From IMG/VR virus record IMGVR_UViG_2711768056_000002, positions 1 through 9,465 of that record: a stretch of DNA of 9,465 nucleotides; one strand, 5' to 3'. This stretch comes from a virus (Duplodnaviria; Heunggongvirae; Uroviricota; Caudoviricetes). Below are positions 7,118 through 9,465 of this stretch, piece after piece. Position 1 is the first letter of the stretch; the number at the start of each line of letters is the position of its first letter. Below the pieces are notes generated by a model that worked only from the letters and a program-made list of their open reading frames with translations, was not told the origin of the DNA and did not search any database. Made by a program: the position numbers and the translations under genes.

Positions 7118-8070
7118 CACTGCTCCGCGATTATCTTGATGGTTGTGGCAGTAAACGCCGCACCATTCGACTGAATGGTTAACGTGCTGCCATTTGTGGC
7201 AAGAAAGCCGTCTTTATCCACGCTGAAGAACGTAGCTAACAGGATGTTGTCGGTTGTTGTCGCCGCATTACGACTGCTGACCAACGTGTCAGGAACAGAG
7301 CCGGAAAAGGTTAGCTGCATTGACCTGTTGGCGGTTCCGCTGGGCCACGTCCCGACGATCGACAGCTTGAAGAACAGGGTTTTGTTCTCGTTGAACACAA
7401 CCATCTTGTTGTTAACGGTGTCGAAGAATGGTGCCAATGTGCCGGATGACGGCGTGAGCGTTTTCAGCAGGCTAACAAGGTTGGTCGGCGCTGTCGGGAT
7501 GGTTACAGATACTCCTGAGTAAACAACCTCTGATTTCTTGCGCGTGGTGGCATACTCAAGCGCAGATATTCTTGTTGAGTGATCACCAACTGTGCTTTGT
7601 AGCGTCGAAATACTTCCTTCTGCCGCTGTGAGCCTGGTATCAAGTGCGTCGATATCGGTTGTATTCTGAGTTATGCGCGCATCATGGTTTGCTAACTCAG
7701 ATTCATTGGCAGCAATTCGCGTATCGTGATCAGCCAGCTCTGTTTCAGCAGCCGTAATCCTTGTTTCATGATCTGCAAGAGTGCTTTCCGCTGCTGCAAT
7801 TCTATGTTCATGATTGATGAGAGTTGATTCAGCAGCTTCAATTCTGGATTCATGGTCTGCAAGGGTGACATCCTGCTCATCATTCTTCACCTGTGCATCA
7901 TAAGCCCCCTTCCCTGCTTCGTTGGCCTTGTTAGCCACGTTACCAACATCAGCACCCTGTGCAATAACGTACAGCAGATATGACTGCGAGAAGATATTAC
8001 GCGGAAGGACTGATGTGTCGAGCCGCGTAGCCTGGATGATTACCGGCTCATTGAGATTCGAATCAGCCAT
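7117..8070 (-). CDS. Tail needle (P22 gp26-like) with extended repeat coiled coil and a large C-terminal domain
   Basis: 317-codon ORF, ATG at 8070..8068 overlapping the stop of the gp10-like gene (TAATG); stop TGA at 7119..7117. The N-terminal ~68 aa ([68 protein letters not shown]) closely match the P22 gp26 N-terminus as I recall it. They are followed by heptad-pattern repeats and a ~150-aa Ser/Thr-rich C-terminal region. Confidence 0.9.
   Translation of the reverse strand: MADSNLNEPVIIQATRLDTSVLPRNIFSQSYLLYVIAQGADVGNVANKANEAGKGAYDAQVKNDEQDVTLADHESRIEAAESTLINHEHRIAAAESTLADHETRITAAETELADHDTRIAANESELANHDARITQNTTDIDALDTRLTAAEGSISTLQSTVGDHSTRISALEYATTRKKSEVVYSGVSVTIPTAPTNLVSLLKTLTPSSGTLAPFFDTVNNKMVVFNENKTLFFKLSIVGTWPSGTANRSMQLTFSGSVPDTLVSSRNAATTTDNILLATFFSVDKDGFLATNGSTLTIQSNGAAFTATTIKIIAEQ
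7654..7863 (-). repeat. Five tandem degenerate 42-bp repeats encoding 14-residue (double-heptad) units of the tail-needle coiled coil
   Basis: Protein units [14 protein letters not shown] / [14 protein letters not shown] / [14 protein letters not shown] / [14 protein letters not shown] / [14 protein letters not shown]. Matching DNA periodicity is visible on the plus strand, e.g. ...tcatg(a/g)tctgcaag(a/g)gt... recurring at about 42-bp spacing between 7680 and 7860. A further weaker unit extends to about 7612. Confidence 0.8.
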
Positions 8071-9464
8071 TACTCAATCCTTATCTGGCAGCCAGACAGA
8101 GTGACAGGTGACTTCGTGATAACGCGCAATTTGAAACCGACATTTTTCCTGATGCGCCCGACACGCTTCCACAAAACGCGTTTGTCGTAAACGAACGGTT
8201 CATTCTGCTCAATCATCTGCTCACGCCCGTAATTGATGCCGTCAGTGGTTGCAGAGAGAAAAAGGCGGTCAGCATACTGCGCAACGCCAGTTGACGACTC
8301 AACCTCAAGGTCGAACACTCTGGCGTTATCCGCTTTGAACAACGGAGTAAACAGCAGGTGTTCCTGTTGAAGACCATACTGACTGCTGATATCGAACTGC
8401 AATTTCCCGGTCACGGACTCCAGCTTATCGCCGCACGTTATCTGATTGCCTTCGTAAATGAAGTCGATAGCGCGGTACACATCGTCATACAAGCCTGTTT
8501 TCAGCACACACCATTGCGGACCATTGGCGCTTGAAGATGCGTCGTACACGAGGACGTGGCGCGGAAGGTGGATAATCAGCAACTCATGAGCATCAAACCG
8601 CAACGATTCCATCACGCCATCAGCCAGTTCATCAGCAGTGTAGGAACGAAGGATTTTCTCAATGCTCGCGCTGGCGATTGGTGATACCTGACCGGATCCG
8701 ATGATGTACACAGACGGCGCACCTGTTGCCGGATTGCTGATGAACGCATACGAATCAGCAAACGGCGTTTTGCAGTAGGTTCCGGCAATACCTTTCTGCA
8801 CCATCAGCGATGGCTGTGCGACATACAAAGCGGCACCAACGGTGGTTGCACCTGTCAGGGAAAAATATTCAATCGTCGATGAACCAAAGCAGACGATGAA
8901 GTCTCGCCATGTCCCGATACCGATGATGCCGTCCGGCTGCGATTCTGCGCGATATTGTGCGCTGTATCGGTCAGGATGCGATTCGTCTCCAAGGTCAGTG
9001 ATAAACCATGAATCCGTGCCGTCTTTTGACCACGCATAACGCCCACGTAAGCGCGTAATGTCACGAACCGAACCTAACTCATACTGCGTGAATCCGCTGT
9101 CTGTAGGCCAGTTTGAGACGGTTTTAACCGTGCCATCATAGCGATACTCGACCAGTTGACCATTAACGCCAACCGCCTGTGATGTTCGACCATGTGCCAT
9201 TGATACGCGACCACTTCCAGCAACATCACCCACTTCACTTTCACCCTTATACAGCTTGCCACCGCACACGCGATAAACAGCATTCTGCGCCATGTTGTAC
9301 TCGACGCCGCGAGATACACCGTTCACATCAGAACGTTTGGCAATGCCCGGGAATGAGCGAAGATATCCGCTGCTGTTAAGGATTTCTTTGGGTGTAGCCA
9401 GCATATTCACTGGCAGATAGTCGATATAGTCGGCGTTTCTAAAGTCTTTGCCGACACCTTTCAT
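8070..9464 (-). CDS. Tail hub / packaged-DNA stabilisation protein, P22 gp10-like; 5' end probably truncated by the window edge
   Basis: 464-codon ORF running to the last full codon of the window; stop TAA at 8072..8070. Translation from the in-window ATG at 9464..9462 begins [44 protein letters not shown]... and ends ...[17 protein letters not shown], matching my recollection of P22 gp10 throughout. P22 gp10 is slightly longer, so the true start is probably a few codons beyond position 9465. Confidence 0.88.
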   Translation of the reverse strand: MKGVGKDFRNADYIDYLPVNMLATPKEILNSSGYLRSFPGIAKRSDVNGVSRGVEYNMAQNAVYRVCGGKLYKGESEVGDVAGSGRVSMAHGRTSQAVGVNGQLVEYRYDGTVKTVSNWPTDSGFTQYELGSVRDITRLRGRYAWSKDGTDSWFITDLGDESHPDRYSAQYRAESQPDGIIGIGTWRDFIVCFGSSTIEYFSLTGATTVGAALYVAQPSLMVQKGIAGTYCKTPFADSYAFISNPATGAPSVYIIGSGQVSPIASASIEKILRSYTADELADGVMESLRFDAHELLIIHLPRHVLVYDASSSANGPQWCVLKTGLYDDVYRAIDFIYEGNQITCGDKLESVTGKLQFDISSQYGLQQEHLLFTPLFKADNARVFDLEVESSTGVAQYADRLFLSATTDGINYGREQMIEQNEPFVYDKRVLWKRVGRIRKNVGFKLRVITKSPVTLSGCQIRIE

Positions 9465-9465
9465 A

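Noticed and set aside
6797-7522. Plus-strand ORFs 6797..7174 (125 aa) and 7175..7522 (115 aa) antisense to the gp14-like and needle genes
   Set aside because: Both are embedded in the opposite strand of strongly supported genes that are coupled by overlapping stop/start codons. No independent coding evidence.
9462-9464. Treating the ATG at the window edge as the true start of the gp10-like gene
   Set aside because: The reading frame is open right up to the window boundary and my recollection is that P22 gp10 has a few more N-terminal residues. The gene is therefore reported as probably 5'-truncated by the window.
1-9465. CRISPR arrays, tRNA/rRNA genes, integrase or attachment site, IS elements
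   Set aside because: No spaced direct repeats, no cloverleaf-like conserved tRNA motifs, no transposase or integrase-like ORF and no terminal inverted repeats were seen. The window appears to be interior to the virion gene block plus its conversion cassette.

Overview
All defensible coding sequence in this window lies on the minus strand and forms one tightly packed block. Read right to left, it matches the distal end of the virion (late) operon of a P22-like short-tailed temperate phage or prophage: a gp10-like tail hub protein (start at or beyond the right window edge), a gp26-like tail needle, a small gp14-like protein, three ejection proteins matching P22 gp7, gp20 and gp16 in order and approximate size, then a tailspike and a small hexapeptide-repeat sugar O-acetyltransferase. 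Family calls rest on by-eye comparison with P22 protein sequences recalled from memory, plus synteny and sizes; no database search or alignment was run. The most interesting features are: (1) an abrupt base-composition break at about 2500-2660, with the tailspike and acetyltransferase AT-rich and everything to the right GC-balanced; (2) a mosaic tailspike combining a P22-type head-binding N-terminus, a glycine-rich repeat shaft and a C-terminal self-cleaving chaperone-like domain; (3) the acetyltransferase as a candidate lysogenic-conversion gene, carrying an internal A8 tract; (4) a tail needle whose coiled coil is built from tandem 42-bp repeats and ends in a large C-terminal domain. I found no CRISPR array, tRNA or rRNA, transposase or IS ends, and nothing I can defend as a novel defence system. 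The unusual content is the receptor-recognition and host-modification cassette at the left end.
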